From assembly GCA_963693365.1 (NCBI GenBank), contig CAVNZM010000008.1:620001-684000 (forward strand): a DNA stretch of 64,000 nt, read 5' to 3'. Shown piece by piece: positions 1-13,847 of this stretch (within the stretch, counting starts at the first letter, position 1; every line of letters begins with the position of its first letter). The position numbers and the translations under genes were made by a program. Under the pieces are notes generated by a model. That model was not told where the DNA came from. It was given only the letters and a program-made list of their open reading frames with translations, and did no database searches. The DNA comes from Amoebidium appalachense (lineage: Eukaryota; Protista; Ichthyosporea).

Positions 1-695
1 TGGGCTCCGCAGTAGCCAACAGCGCACAGATATAACCATGTATGGCTACTCAGTGCATTCTCCAATTGGCTGTTCTATGCTATTTCCTCTGGCAGGGGCC
101 GGCCTGTTCACCAGGAAGGCAAGCCGGCCCACTAACCGTTGTAGACCCCCCCACCCCTACCCCTTCCCCCCCCCCCCCCCCCCCTGGTATCCGGTAAGTT
201 ATGTTCTGTTACAAACTGCATGACGACCCACCTATATCTATCTGGTGTTGTGTATGACCTGTGTGCATGTGCTTGCCTGCCGCACGCAGTTTGAAAGAAT
301 GTGTGTGTGATTATGTAAGACTATTATTAATAAAGATCCTATCGCAGGTTAGGACTGTCAGTATGTGCTTTTGTGTGGTGGCGCGCAAACTAAGCGCGTG
401 CAGCTCTTACGTATTAAATGTTAGTCAAAAACACTATCGGGTTTATGTTGTGGTGTTGGATGTTGCTATGCAGTGAAGAGAATAGACCCACCGATGTGCT
501 ATGATTCCTTATGTGTTTTCAGCTATATATCTACACGTATATCTATCTACTTTCAACCATTATTTCCAAAACAAACACTTAGCAACTGTTTGTCCTTCAA
601 AAACCCACTCGCATCAACCCCCAATAGCTTCACACACTCACAAGCTCGCACCCTACCCATTCACAGTGCACATTCCACCCCATCCAACGGCCCAA

Positions 696-3600
696 TCACA
701 TCTCGCCTTTCTCGACCACCTGGTTCTCCCTTCTTGCCCGCCTGTTTCTATTGGACACTGCAGCATAAACCTTGCCTATGGGCATATCTCTGTAGATGCG
801 ATAGAACTCTTCCAACCCCCCACAGCGCTGGTATTCCTCGTAAAGTTTCTTGCGCTGTGAATAGATGCTGCGCTCCTTCCTGATTGGTGGTTGCTAAGAT
901 GAGCATTGGCTAAGAGATTTAAGCGGTTGCCCCCCCCCCCCCCCCCCCCCCCCCCCGCCCGCCCCCTCCCTTCCCCTTCCCCCCCTTCCCCCACTCCTCC
1001 CTCCCCCCCTTCCCCCCCCCCCCCCCCCCCCCCCCCCCGGAGAAGAACATGGTTACCCCGGGGTATCCATTCACTGTTCCTACTTTCGTTTTCTCCTACT
1101 CATGTGAGCCACATGCCAGTGCCGCCCCCCCCCCCCTCCCCCCCCCCCCCCCCCCTCTCCCTCCCCCCCCCCCCCCCCCTCCCCCCCCCCCTCCCCCCCC
1201 CCCCCCCCTCCCGGGGCCCCACCACACCACACCACTGCAACCGGCCAATGCCCCCCCAACCACCCCCCTTCACACTCCACCCCACTTTTCTCGTGTCTTC
1301 CCTCCCCCACCACACGTATCATTTGCACTAACGCCCAATCCTACCACCGATGCCACCAGAGCAAAACGGACACCAAAGCAGCATGTGGTTTGAGGTGAAA
1401 ACAAGTGAATTCAAATCATCCGTACCACCACAATCACTTGTACGATTCCACTGGTAGAATTATCGGGAAGGAAAGGGGGGAGAGGGTGGGGGGTGGGGGG
1501 TGGGGAGGGGGTGGGAGGAGGAGTAGGTATGCATCAGAAGGTTAACCGGTGGAAATATGGAAGTAGGGACATCACAAGCCAAAATACAAAACGACACAAA
1601 AACACAATAAGCAGAACAACCAGCTCCCTGTCCCCCCCCTCCCCCCCCCCCAAAAAAAAAAAAAAAACGGCGCGGGGGGAGGGGGGGGGGGGGGGGAGGG
1701 GGGAGGAGGGGGGAGGGGGGAGGGATGGAGGAGGAAGAGGGGGGAAGAGGGAGGGGGGTGGAGGCAGGCAGAAGACACGTGCATTGCCCATCCCCAGGCA
1801 TCGGACTATGTGTCGAAGAAAAGACTTGAGCACATTCGACACGATTTACAAAATCCCGATCCAGATATCCCGTAACATAATAGCACAATGTGTTTACACA
1901 CGCATACACACACACCAGAAACACGTGCACACATACCTGCGCATCTCCACCGTCCAATCCTTGAGGGCCGGACACCTTGGGCCATCGCCAACCTCCCATT
2001 GGTCGATGACCTGCTCAATGCACGTGACACCCCGTGGGATTTTAAAATAAACACCGTCATCTGATTCGTTGCCCTGCCCATCCCCTTCATTTTCAAACTC
2101 ATCCACGTCATTTTGTACGTTTGCCTCCTCTGCAACCCTGTGCGATGCCATTTTTGGTTCAAAATCCTCGCGTTTGGTTGGTTGGCTGTGGACGTCGACT
2201 GTTGGCGCACGTTGTACATGTGCAGGGGCAGGTGCACTGCCAGAGGGGAATGCGTCGGGAGAGGGCTCTTCACCAATGGGTGGGGTGTGGCGGCGGCCCA
2301 AGATGGGCGACGTCACACAGAACTCACTGGGTGCAATGCGACACCGTTCATACACGTGCTCACTGGTGCTGTGCACGTGGCGCCGTGCCGCCGGGGTATC
2401 CACCACATAGTCTTCATAGACACCATTGTGGTTGCGGGCAGACAGGTAGATGAGCTCCCGGCGTACGCGCATCACCCCGTAGCTGCGCCGAGCCTGGTAA
2501 CTGTCATACACACTTGTGCTGTCGTTGACAAAAAACTCGCGGCTGCGTGCCGGAGACATGGGTGGGGCCGGAATGCTTAAAGTAGTTGCGCTGTATGCCT
2601 TGCGGCGCTCGTACGGGGCGGTAAACTGGTTTTCGGTTTGTTGTGTGCGTGCATTGCTTGCTGCACACAGGTTTATGTCGGTAGGGGCGGCCTCTGAACT
2701 GTGCCTGCGTGCTAACGTGCGGTTACCGTAGTTGCGGGCAGGACCAGGTACGGGGGGATCTGTAGGGTGTTCGCCGGGCAGACTGACAAGGTCACCCACA
2801 GACCTATGCCACCTGTTTGCAAGCACAACAGGTGCATTCACGGCACTGCTAAAACTGCCTGCATGACGGCTAGGGGGGCATCACTGCGCCCGGAATACTC
2901 GTACGGGCGTGGAGCTGCCTTGGCATATGGGAGCACGTCCGATGTTTGCTCGTGGCCATACCACATGTGCTCAGGGGCTGTGTGTGCATGTTGCTCGGGG
3001 GAGTATTGATCATACGGTTGTGCGGGGCTGTATGTGTCTGACCCCCATGCACTGTAGTCCTGGTCGTCGTAATAGCTGCGTGATAGGTGCTGCTCCTGCT
3101 TCCCGTGCCATCCCACTGTTTCTTTTTCGCTACGCTGCATGGCCCAGGGCCCAGATGGCTGCGAGGGATTGGAGAGTCTTCTCTCGCGCTGCACCGCGAT
3201 ATAGGGTGCAGAGACCGTGCGTGGTGCAGGGCTTAGAGGGGCAGGCTCAACTTTAACCGGGTACACGGTGTGCGGAGGCAAGGGGGGTGGAGGTACCTTT
3301 GTGGCGGTGTCCACCCAGGGCTGCCACGGGGCATTTTCTTTTTTGTTGACCATTTGCACAGCCACTTTGAGGGGTGGCCTCGGTGCACGTGGGGAAAGGT
3401 GTGTCTGGTGTTGCTTTTCCTGGGCTAATCACACTGTGTGTGGCTATTGAAGAAGAGAATACAATACAATAAAATATCCGCGAATAAACCCTACAGTGAA
3501 ATTTGAAAGTGCAATGGATAGGCAAAGTGGCCAGGTGGCCGATAGCTATTCGCTGGTGTCTAAACTTATGACTGATTAGAGGGACGCTGCCATCGGTTAG

Positions 3601-4447
3601 CGATGTCGAAAGAAAATACTTCTTGAGGTCGTGCATGGAGAAAAATGTCTACATAACCAGTGCATACACAGGGTCTTCCTGTACAAAATCGGTGTACATA
3701 CGTGTGCACAAGATATATGTATAACTACCAGGTTGTGAACTCATGTTGTCGGCATATTGTGACAAATATCGTTAGAACTTTGCCAGCCCACCCATACACC
3801 TTCCTAATCTTGTGAAGTTCTTTTGTAAGACTAATGTCTGTCCTAACATAGCGTGTAAACTGAGAGCCACTAGAGCTGCTGTGAGAAAGGAGATGCCCTC
3901 AGCTAGCAGAAGATTGGTACGGGGTGAACTGAGGTGAACTGCCCAAGATCTATTCCAAAGCTGGCCGTGACAAATAGCCAATGGTTATCGGAGAACAACT
4001 TGAACCAGCACGCTACACAGGCCAGCAAATTTTCATCTAAAACACTGACAACTCAATATATGCAAGTTGTTACCAGCAACACAAAATAAGCTTCTGTTGA
4101 TAATTTTTAGACCTTGGTTGAAATATTGGGATCAGCTGCCTGTGTTTTTTTTGCGATTAGAAAGCATGCAAACCGTAGCCAAAACAGAGCTCCGCCGGTC
4201 CGCCCCCGGCTGCCCGGCAGCCGCGGGGCGAAATCATCCTGCAGTCGCTGCTTCCGTTAGCCAATCATGTGACTGTAGGGCAGATCTTTTAATGCCGTTG
4301 GCTTAGATCTACCGTAACCGCTGTGATTGTGGAATGTTGGCCATAGCATGGGTGTGTGTGTGTGTGTGCATGAGAGAGAGATTGGGGGGGAGGGGGAGCG
4401 TGTGTGTGTGTCTGTGTGTGTCTGTGTGTGTGTTTGTGCGTGCGTGC

Positions 4448-4500
<53 letters not shown>

Positions 4501-4546
4501 GAGAGAGAGAGGGGGAGTGTGTGTGTGTCTGTCTTTCTGTCGACTG

Positions 4547-4609
<63 letters not shown>

Positions 4610-5063
4610 ACGCGTGTGTTACGGTGTGTGTGTGTGTACATGTGCGTGCGTGTTTCTGTGCGTGCACACATATGCGTATGTGTGCGTGTGTCTGGTGTGT
4701 GTGTGCGTGTGTACACATGTGTGTGCACGTGTGTGCAGTGCGCTCGTGCATGCGCGCGTGTGTGCGTGTGTGAGTCACTGTGCGGGCGCAGGTCACGGCG
4801 TTTACGGTACTGTATACGTGTACAGTACGTACATTTGCATGTGCGCCTGTGTATGTGCTTGCACAACGGTATGTGTGTGCCACTCCATGCAGTTTTTAAA
4901 TAAGTACTACGTACGTAAGGGTTTGCACAGAAATCTAGAATTCATATGCCATGTCCCAGATGGGTATCGCTAACAACAATAAGCCTTGGGTGCTGCATCT
5001 ATTTTCAATTTCACAAGTACCGAATATAAAAATCGTAAGTGTGTACGTGTTTATACCTGCCAT
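696..5063 (-). CDS. GCR1_C-domain (Gcr1/Msn1/Hot1-like) DNA-binding protein with low-complexity N-terminus; spliced, with an apparent frameshift at a G6 run
   Basis: Exon 3424..1937 ends [36 protein letters not shown] at a GTATGT donor. It splices in phase 2 to exon 879..696 ([30 protein letters not shown]...GEM*), which completes a GCR1_C-like motif. A putative first exon ATGGCAG (5063..5057) is phase-compatible but tentative; an alternative ATG lies at 3353. The two ORFs join if the G run at 2873-2878 has one more base. Confidence 0.7.
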
Positions 5064-6109
5064 TGGCTTCAACTCCTGAGGCTTGGGCCATGTGTGATCA
5101 TGAGTGTGTGACCTGATCACGTGGACCATTTTAATTGGCCGTCTGCCACGCTAATTCTGCTGAAATCGATTGGCTGGCCACTCCTATGTAGTTGATCTAG
5201 ATCTAGATCTAGGTGACTAACGACTTCCGTGCCATTGTTACCATTTGTATGTACTAGTGATGTCGATCAACTTCATGTACACTAGCACCTTGCACTACAT
5301 AACGACCAGAATTATGGGCTCTACTCCATACAGTGAAGTCTAAATAGGGCGGCACATGTTGCAGGCTTGTACTTTCCGGGCATACATACAGCCACGGCCG
5401 CCGCCGCACCAGCGCTCGAGCTCGCGCGCCAGCACCACTCCGAGTCTCTGGGTACATATACATTCCAACTCTGTGCATGCTCCGTAGCTTCACACTGCAG
5501 TGGCTCACAGCAGAACATACATCTATCTCCATACAAAGTTCCTATATGTTGCATGCAACAACAGTGCTTACATTGCGATTCCCAGGTTCCTAGGACCACA
5601 GCCCCCAGATCTGAAGTATTCTGATGGGTTGGTGTAATAACCAATCACGTCAATCTATCTACCCCGGGTGTTGCGCAATCACGGCAGCAAAGTTTCATCA
5701 GGACTCCGGAACGGCCGTGAACTCTTTCAATCTGTCTGGACCACGGAAAAGCCATGCTTCCCTGCTCTGCATCACACAACCGATCTTTCAATTCCTCTTA
5801 CATCCAACCACCTCAGTTTTTCACTGAGCAACCCCCTCCCCTCCCCCCTCCCCTCCCCGCCCCCCCCCCCGCCCCCCCCTCCCCCCCTCTCCCTTCTCTC
5901 TTCCCCTACCGGGATCCCACAACCCATACAAACACACACACACACAAACAGCCTCCCCTTTCCTTCCTCCCCCCCCCCCCCCCCCCCCCCCCCCTTTCCT
6001 TCCCCCCCTCCCCCCGCTCCCCCTTATCCGCGATCTTCGGAGTCGCCTCCAGGGCCTACCTCCCAGCACTAAGCCCTCTTCGAACCGCTCTTCATCTTTT
6101 CTGCTCACC

Positions 6110-6471
6110 ATGAGTAAGGCCGCTCGCTATCGGGCGCTAAACGACGCCTGCCAGTCAGCCCTAAGCGAGCTAACTGCCGTGCGTGCTGCGGGCACACCTC
6201 GACCCACAAGTAGCGGTGTTGAGACCGTAGAAACTCGAGAGGAGCAGGCACCTACTGTCCCACCCACACAACAAAGGCCCAGTTTGACTGGCACGGAACA
6301 GAGCACAACGAGCAAGGAGCTGCTAGCTCTTACCAGAGAGTATGTGACAAAAAACCGTACCCTCTTCTCCCTTCCCACAAACACACACACACGCTTACGC
6401 GCACGAACACACGCACACAAAAAAACACACTAACACTAACACGTGAGCGCACACACGCACGCATGCGCGCG

Positions 6472-6557
<86 letters not shown>

Positions 6558-6844
6558 TATGCATGGACCCCCATGCACACCACAGGCAACCCTCCAACCT
6601 TGTGCTTGTGCCAGCTCACACCGCCATGCACACTTTCACAACCAACCGCGTTTTTTTTCCACCGCTAAACTCTCCACCTGCACTTACAGGGTTCTGGATG
6701 CGGAAGATCAAGGAAGTGTAAAGAAGCTGCAAGAACTCTGTTTTGGTGATGCCACGTGTGTGCTGCCAACCGGCCACGTGGTCGATGCACTACCATACTG
6801 GGCATTTCACGCTATCAATGGTATGTGCCTGTGTGCCTGTGTGC

Positions 6845-6904
<60 letters not shown>

Positions 6905-8016
6905 GTATGTGTGCTATACTGAGTGTCGAGATGCAAGTGCAGGTGTGTGGTCTGGGGGAGGTGGGGAAGGGGGGCAGGAGAGGGGAGGGGAGGGAAGTTG
7001 TGTCTCAAAAGCAAGCTCTTAAGGCACATTCCTTATCCTCACATACTTCAGTGTTCACATCCACACATCTTCTCGCCGAATTCTAAAATTTTCCGCTCGC
7101 AGCACCCACGGGCTTACGTCAGCAGACTTTCCCCTCCCCGCCAACCGTACGTGTGCTAGGCACCACCGCCATTGTCAGCTGTGTGTGTGTGCGCCTCTCA
7201 ACCACACAAAAGTATGCAACGCCGCCATCCCCTCCCAAAATATAATTCTAAGAGAGTAGGAGAGAGGGGGAGACGGAGATGGGATGAGAGCGAGGAACAG
7301 AGTAGGACGTATTAGGAAGGCGAGGGAAACTAGGAGGTGTGTGGGCAAGCCATGGGATTTCGGTTGGCAAAGAGGAAACAGGGGGTAGGGCAACAAGGGC
7401 AAGGGCGGGAGGAAGGGAGGTGAAGCCAAGGGGGAAAAAGGGGAGGGTGGGGAGGGTGGGAGGGTGTAAGGGGAGTTTGGAAGCTACTGGGGGTGTTGGG
7501 GAGATAGGGTATAGGAACGGACATCCCATACCACCTCAGTGGTACTACATAACTACACGCAAGCAGGGACAGAGCGTGCATATTCTTCATAGACCCACCC
7601 TTCTTTCGGCAGAAGCATGCTCCAGACACGCATATGGAAGGCCCTACACACACGTACACGTGCCACCTTGCCCACCAGCAGATGTGCACGCAACAACCGC
7701 TTCCATAAACACGCACAGTACTGGTGGAGCAACCTACCCCCCCCCCCCTCCCCCCCCCCCCCCCCCCCCGCCCCTTCCCGGGGTATGCCACGAAAATTCC
7801 TTCCTGTAGTTTACGGTACACAAAGGCCAAACCACGCAAGATCTATCTTAGACAGGAAGCTACCGAGTACCCCGTTTTTTCCTCATTCTTTCTTCTTTTC
7901 CTTCTTCCCAGGGAAGCGCCTACGCAACAGTCTTTCTTTGAAACACGGTGGTGGTCTAACGAGGGGGGGAGATGGAGAACCGTGCACATCCACAGGACAA
8001 CGTGCACATAGCCATG

Positions 8017-8105
<89 letters not shown>

Positions 8106-8496
8106 AACACACACGCATGAATTGTAAAGTTTCACGCACACACATCCTTGTGCACGCAGCATGTACAAGTACTGTTGTACACTTAGTGATAAGGAAGTGC
8201 GAACTGCGAAGTGATAACAACCCGATGGTGAAATCAGACATGAAAACAAACACCCAAAGTTTTACAAAGAGGGTCCATAAGTATATCCAAATTTGTTTAG
8301 ATGCATATATGTATAAGGACACGATGAGGCAGCATATCAGACATCCTTCAACTATATATATGCTTGTATAAAGGATTGGGGTGGTGCAATACTCTGCGGG
8401 GGAACTTATCCGCACTTATCCGGGTGCGATGACAGCCAATTGAAACACTGCGTCGCACATTCTTCTTTTTCTGGTCAGATCGGGCTGCGGTCATGA
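6110..8496 (+). CDS. Hypothetical spliced protein, family not recognised
   Basis: Exon 6110..6339 (MSKAARYRALNDACQSALSEL...) splices in frame via GT-AG to 6690..6820 (VLDAEDQGSVKKLQELCFGDATCVLPTGHVVDALPYWAFHAIN). A phase-compatible terminal exon at 8318..8496 is tentative. Confidence 0.45.
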
Positions 8497-8632
8497 CGCC
8501 GGAGCAAGGCGTCCTTGAAAGGTTTTGTTCAAAGGAGTAAATATATCTACGAGGCCTAAGCACACACTTCCCCTAAATCCCTCGTCTTTAACACCCAATA
8601 TTAGCCTCTAGCTGTTACGGGTGCAAAGCAGC

Positions 8633-9474
8633 ATGGCGACACTAGGCGACGTGACCACCCCTGCCTTTGCCATTATTCTGCCGAGGGCGGAAAGGAATGC
8701 TGCACGGATGATCCAAAAGGGTGGGTGCGTGTGTTTGTGTCTGTATGTGAATTAGAGTTGGGGGCTGGGAACATCTACCCTGTATTTGGTGGTTATCCGG
8801 TTCCTTCGTAGAAATTGACAGGAGAAGGGAGTAGGTCAGGTTTACATGAAGGAACAGTGGAGGGGGAAAATGAGTGGATGCAGGGGACCTGAAGGCATTG
8901 GCTGTATAGGCGTTGGCCCCGGCATACACGTTGATAATTTTTTTAGGCCACACACTAAGATGCACAGCTGCAGACACATTGCACAAGAAAAGAGAGCCAC
9001 GGACAACGTGCTGATGCTTGGATTGGCACCTGGGCCCGTGTTAGTCTACAGTTATTCACACACGTGATTGCGGTGGTGGTACACTGCTTATGGGTGTTTG
9101 TGTCGGCTGTAGGTACACACACACACACACACAAGCACACCTGTGCACATGAAAGCATATATGCATGAAACACATCTTACACGCACACTTGAATGCACAC
9201 ACACAATTAAATTAGAAGCTCGTTGCGTTAGTGTTCACCCACAGTGAAAGATTGTCGTTTTTGCACAAACAAGGCCCGAAGGGGAGGAGGGGCGGGTGTG
9301 GGGGTGAGAGGGAGAGACAGGGTTATCCCTTCAATAGCATATAGCAATGCGTACTGCTCCTCGCCCACGCACACATACAGAAACACACACACACACGCGT
9401 GCACAACAAGCACACGAGCACGCACACAAACAATCCCGCACAAAAAGACACCGTGCACACACACAAACACACAC

Positions 9475-9510
<36 letters not shown>

Positions 9511-10774
9511 GCGCGCGCATCAATATGTGTTTTGCATAAACAACTGGGGGGGGGGGGGGGGAGGGGGGGGAGCAGCAGGCAAAAATATACAAAAATGCAC
9601 AATATGGCACATACATATGTACTGAGCAACATCATCCTGGTACATAAGGGAAAGTTCAAAAACAACAGATCGCATACGTGTGCACGTGCACGGGGAAGGA
9701 AGGGGGGGAAGGGGGGGGGGGGGGGGGGGGGGGAGGAGGGGGGACGATTTTTGCGCATGCGCGCGCGGGTGTGTGCGTGTATGTTTGTGTGTGGGAGCAA
9801 TGTGTGCGCGTGTGCGTGTGCGAGCGAAGCATGTGTGATATGTGTGTGGTGATGATAGTGGTGGAGGGGGAGGGGAGGTTAGGGTAGGGGGTGAGGGGAG
9901 GGAAGGCTAATCTGGTAATAAATGACATAATACACATAGGCAAGTCAATCAAGCGTGCGTGGAGTAAAATACCGTTTAACGTGTCATGGCTCTATAAACT
10001 GGGCTAGATATGTTACACAACTTCCTTCGTCCATGCAGTGCTAACTAATATCAAGTGTAGTTGATATTATTTGGTTATTGAGTGAGAGATGTGATTGGCC
10101 ATTGTTCCACAAAAGCTGATCGTTTGAACTGCAGCCAAAGACGCTGGAGTGCAGTTCCGGCCCCACGTCAAAACTCACAGGGTAACCCCCCCCCCCCCCC
10201 CCCCCCCCCCCGGGCTCCAACCCCCCCACCTCCCACCCCCCTCCCCGGTGTTACCGGCACCGTACCTATCCATCAATACACTTATACACAGAAACACACA
10301 CACACACTTAGTATTTCTCTCTCAGAGCCACAAACACACCATAAATCCTCTTTCTCTCTCCCTGCTCGCAATCAGTCTCCCCTTCACCCCCCCCTACCCC
10401 CGGGCCCTTCACTCTTGCTCTCTGCCCCTTCCCCTCAACTCTATTATATCAGCTTCACATAGCTCCGTCTCCCACTCATTCTAAAAGGTTTGAGGGAGGA
10501 ATAGACTGAGAGGCCAGAAAAGAAAAAGCTGAAGGGAAAATGAGAAAGAAAGGGGAACCTTTACAGCGTATGGCAAGCTAAATACTTGAAAAACATTTAT
10601 GGTAGAATCAGGGTGGTAGACAGATAATGGTTGTAAAGAGTATAAATGGCGGCGGTGGTGGTGATGATAGGTGTTGTGATTTTTTTTCCTTTTTTTTTTT
10701 TTTTTTTTTTTGGAGAGGGGGGGAGGGGGGGGGGGAGATGGGGAGTGGGTGGGTGGGTGGGTGGGGATGGAGGT

Positions 10775-10806
<32 letters not shown>

Positions 10807-11769
10807 ATGCAATGAAACTCTGTAAGTGATCAGGGAGGAAGATACAATTGGATTTGTGTATGTCACCAGCTTGATCTCCCCCCCCCCCCCCCCCCTCTCC
10901 CCCCCCCCCTTCTTTCAGACCTTGGAGGGTGCCCTGCTGCAGTGTGGGGGGCAGCCTGGGCCCATAGTGGTCAGCACACTGGCCGAGGCTGAATTCTATG
11001 CAGATGCGGGTTTCACTGACGTATGTAAACTACATGCACACACACAGAACACAAACATCCGCCGTTCCCTGCTTTGACTTCCACGTGTGTGTTTTTGATT
11101 CCCTTTAAACACCACCACACACATGTTCAGCCCAGGCTATTTGATAGAGGAATGCACATGCAGGCATCCAACAACCCCCCCCTCCCCCCCCCCCCCCCCT
11201 CTCTCTCTTCCCCTCTCTTCCCCTCTTCTCCCAAAGGCACATGCAAGAGAAAACATATATGCTTATTTTTCAGCCCAGATACAGTGAGGTTAAGGCTCGT
11301 GAAGTAAAGGTGGTCAAGGAGACGGTGCAGCTGCAACCGTTGCAGTCAGAAATACCCAGCCCTAGTGCATGCTTTTATTGCCTGACACATCCCCCCCCCC
11401 CCCCATGTTTTGGTCAGTTGTGAATGTTTACTTTGTCCTCCGGAACATATTCTAGACCCTCCCGTCCCCACCTCCCCCCCCTCCCCCCCCCCCCCAAAAT
11501 GCGCAGTTTAACCCCCCGGTTTAAGATTCATGTGTTTTTGTTTCACACACTGGACACACTTCTGAGTAGCGGTACCGTTTGCTCCCCCCATGTGCAGATG
11601 ATCTACGGTGTGCCCATAGCTGCAAGCAAGCTGGCACGTGTGCACACGCTGCTGCAGAGGGGGGTGGGGGTGCACGTGTTTGTGGACCACCCGGCACAGC
11701 TGGATGCCATCGAGAAATATGCCAATGAGAACGGTGGGATGCACAAACGTAGACGAGACGCACACAATT

Positions 11770-11822
<53 letters not shown>

Positions 11823-11824
11823 TG

Positions 11825-11883
<59 letters not shown>

Positions 11884-11887
11884 GTGA

Positions 11888-11918
<31 letters not shown>

Positions 11919-13102
11919 TGAACACACACACACACACACACACTCTCTCTCTCTCTCTCTCTCTCTCACTCACTCACTCACTTACTCACTAAAACACACA
12001 CACACACACGTGCACATGCAGCACATATACACAAACACCTACACACATGCACACACACACACACATAAAAACACACACATAAGCGCCCCGCCCTCCTCCC
12101 CCTCCCCCCTCCCCTCCTCCCCTTCTCCCTTACCCCCCACTTTGCCTTCCCCCCTTTCTTGTACACAGGTTCGAATGGACGTAAGCTTAAGGTCACTCAT
12201 GCACGTGTATATGCCACCATACATGCTCCACAAACTCTCTTAAACACACACACACACACACTGCGACACTTCAGCCCGTTCACCCCAACACCTTGCTGAT
12301 ACCCCCTGGGCACACACACACACCCTCACGAACACATTAAGAACACCCACAATCATTCACACACTGAAAAGCCCTCGGTCTCTCCAGGCCCTAACTCCCA
12401 ATGTACACCCTCCCCCCCCCCCTCCTCCCCCCCTCTACACACACACACACATAGACAACATATCAGGCCAAAACACACCCCCCTCCCACAAAACAACACA
12501 ACCAGTGCATGGCCCTAGTGGACTTCTCCATCCCCCATCCAAAACAATGGCTGCCATCTTGACCCATACTTCCTTTTTTCCCGTCGAGGTTATGTTAACT
12601 CACCAAACAATCCCCCTCCCCCCCTTCCCCCTCGCCCCCCTCCCCCCCTCCCCCAGGTCACCCCGTGTTTGGTGTGTATCTCAAGGTGGACTGTGGCTAC
12701 CACCGGGCAGGTGTGCCCCTCACAGATGACTCTCTGGCCTTTGCAAAGCGCCTTGCAACCAGCAAAGGTAGAGGCCCCCCCCCCCCCCCCCCCCCCCCCT
12801 GCTCGCTCTCCCATCTCCTGCCGTCACCTCTCTCCCCCGCCCTCCCCCTCCCCCCATCCTCCTTCCATCTTGCTTTCTCCTCGTTTGGGGGAGCCGGGGG
12901 AAGAAAGAGAGCACACCCTTGATGGCCGAAACCCGGGGAGGAGAAAGGAATTACGGAATGGTGAAACCAAGAGATGGGCGACCAGAACACCAGACAGCCA
13001 ATTCTAAGGGGGCTATTGTTAGAGACAGGCCCAGATCACTGTTTCTCCTATTGTCGGCTCATCCCCCCCCCCCCCCTCCCTCCCTTCAGAGACAAACACA
13101 CA

Positions 13103-13167
<65 letters not shown>

Positions 13168-13506
13168 CCGTGCACCTCCATGGCATCTACACACACTCGG
13201 GCCATGCCTACGGCTGCACCGCCGACAAGCTCAAAGCCGTTGCTCTCTCTGAACAGGAGGCTGCCTCAAAGTGATATCCCCCCTTCCCCTCCCCCCCTCC
13301 CCCCTCCCCCCCCCCCCCCCCCCCCCCCCACCACCACCACCACCACCACCACCCAACCCCTCCGGTGAAGTTGTAGTATTTCTCAGCCTCCACTTTTTCT
13401 TACCCTTTGATACTTACATCCCCCCCCCCCCCCCCCCCCCTCAAAAAAAAAGAAAAAAGAAAAAAAAGAAGAAGAAAAAACCTCCAGGTTCCCTCTTACC
13501 CCCCCC

Positions 13507-13540
<34 letters not shown>

Positions 13541-13786
13541 GGTGATTGCTCTTGCCCTGCCAGTGAGTACTCTATGTTTGCCCTGTCATGCCCATGCTTG
13601 TTATGGCTGAGTGGTATCCTTATGCCTCCTGCCGTATCGTCCCCTCTCCCCTCCCCCCCCCCCTTCTCCCCCCCTCCCCCGTCAGCCCCGATTGATTCTC
13701 CCCCCCCCCCCCCCCCCCCCCCCCTGCTGCCCTCCGGCGCCCCTGTCCCGCCCGCCCGCATGCGCCCACGCACACAAACACACACA

Positions 13787-13847
<61 letters not shown>

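Noticed and set aside
80-200. Splice-like signals at the window start
   Set aside because: Too little context to define a gene.
501-860. Plus-strand 119-aa ORF
   Set aside because: Antisense to the terminal GCR1_C exon.
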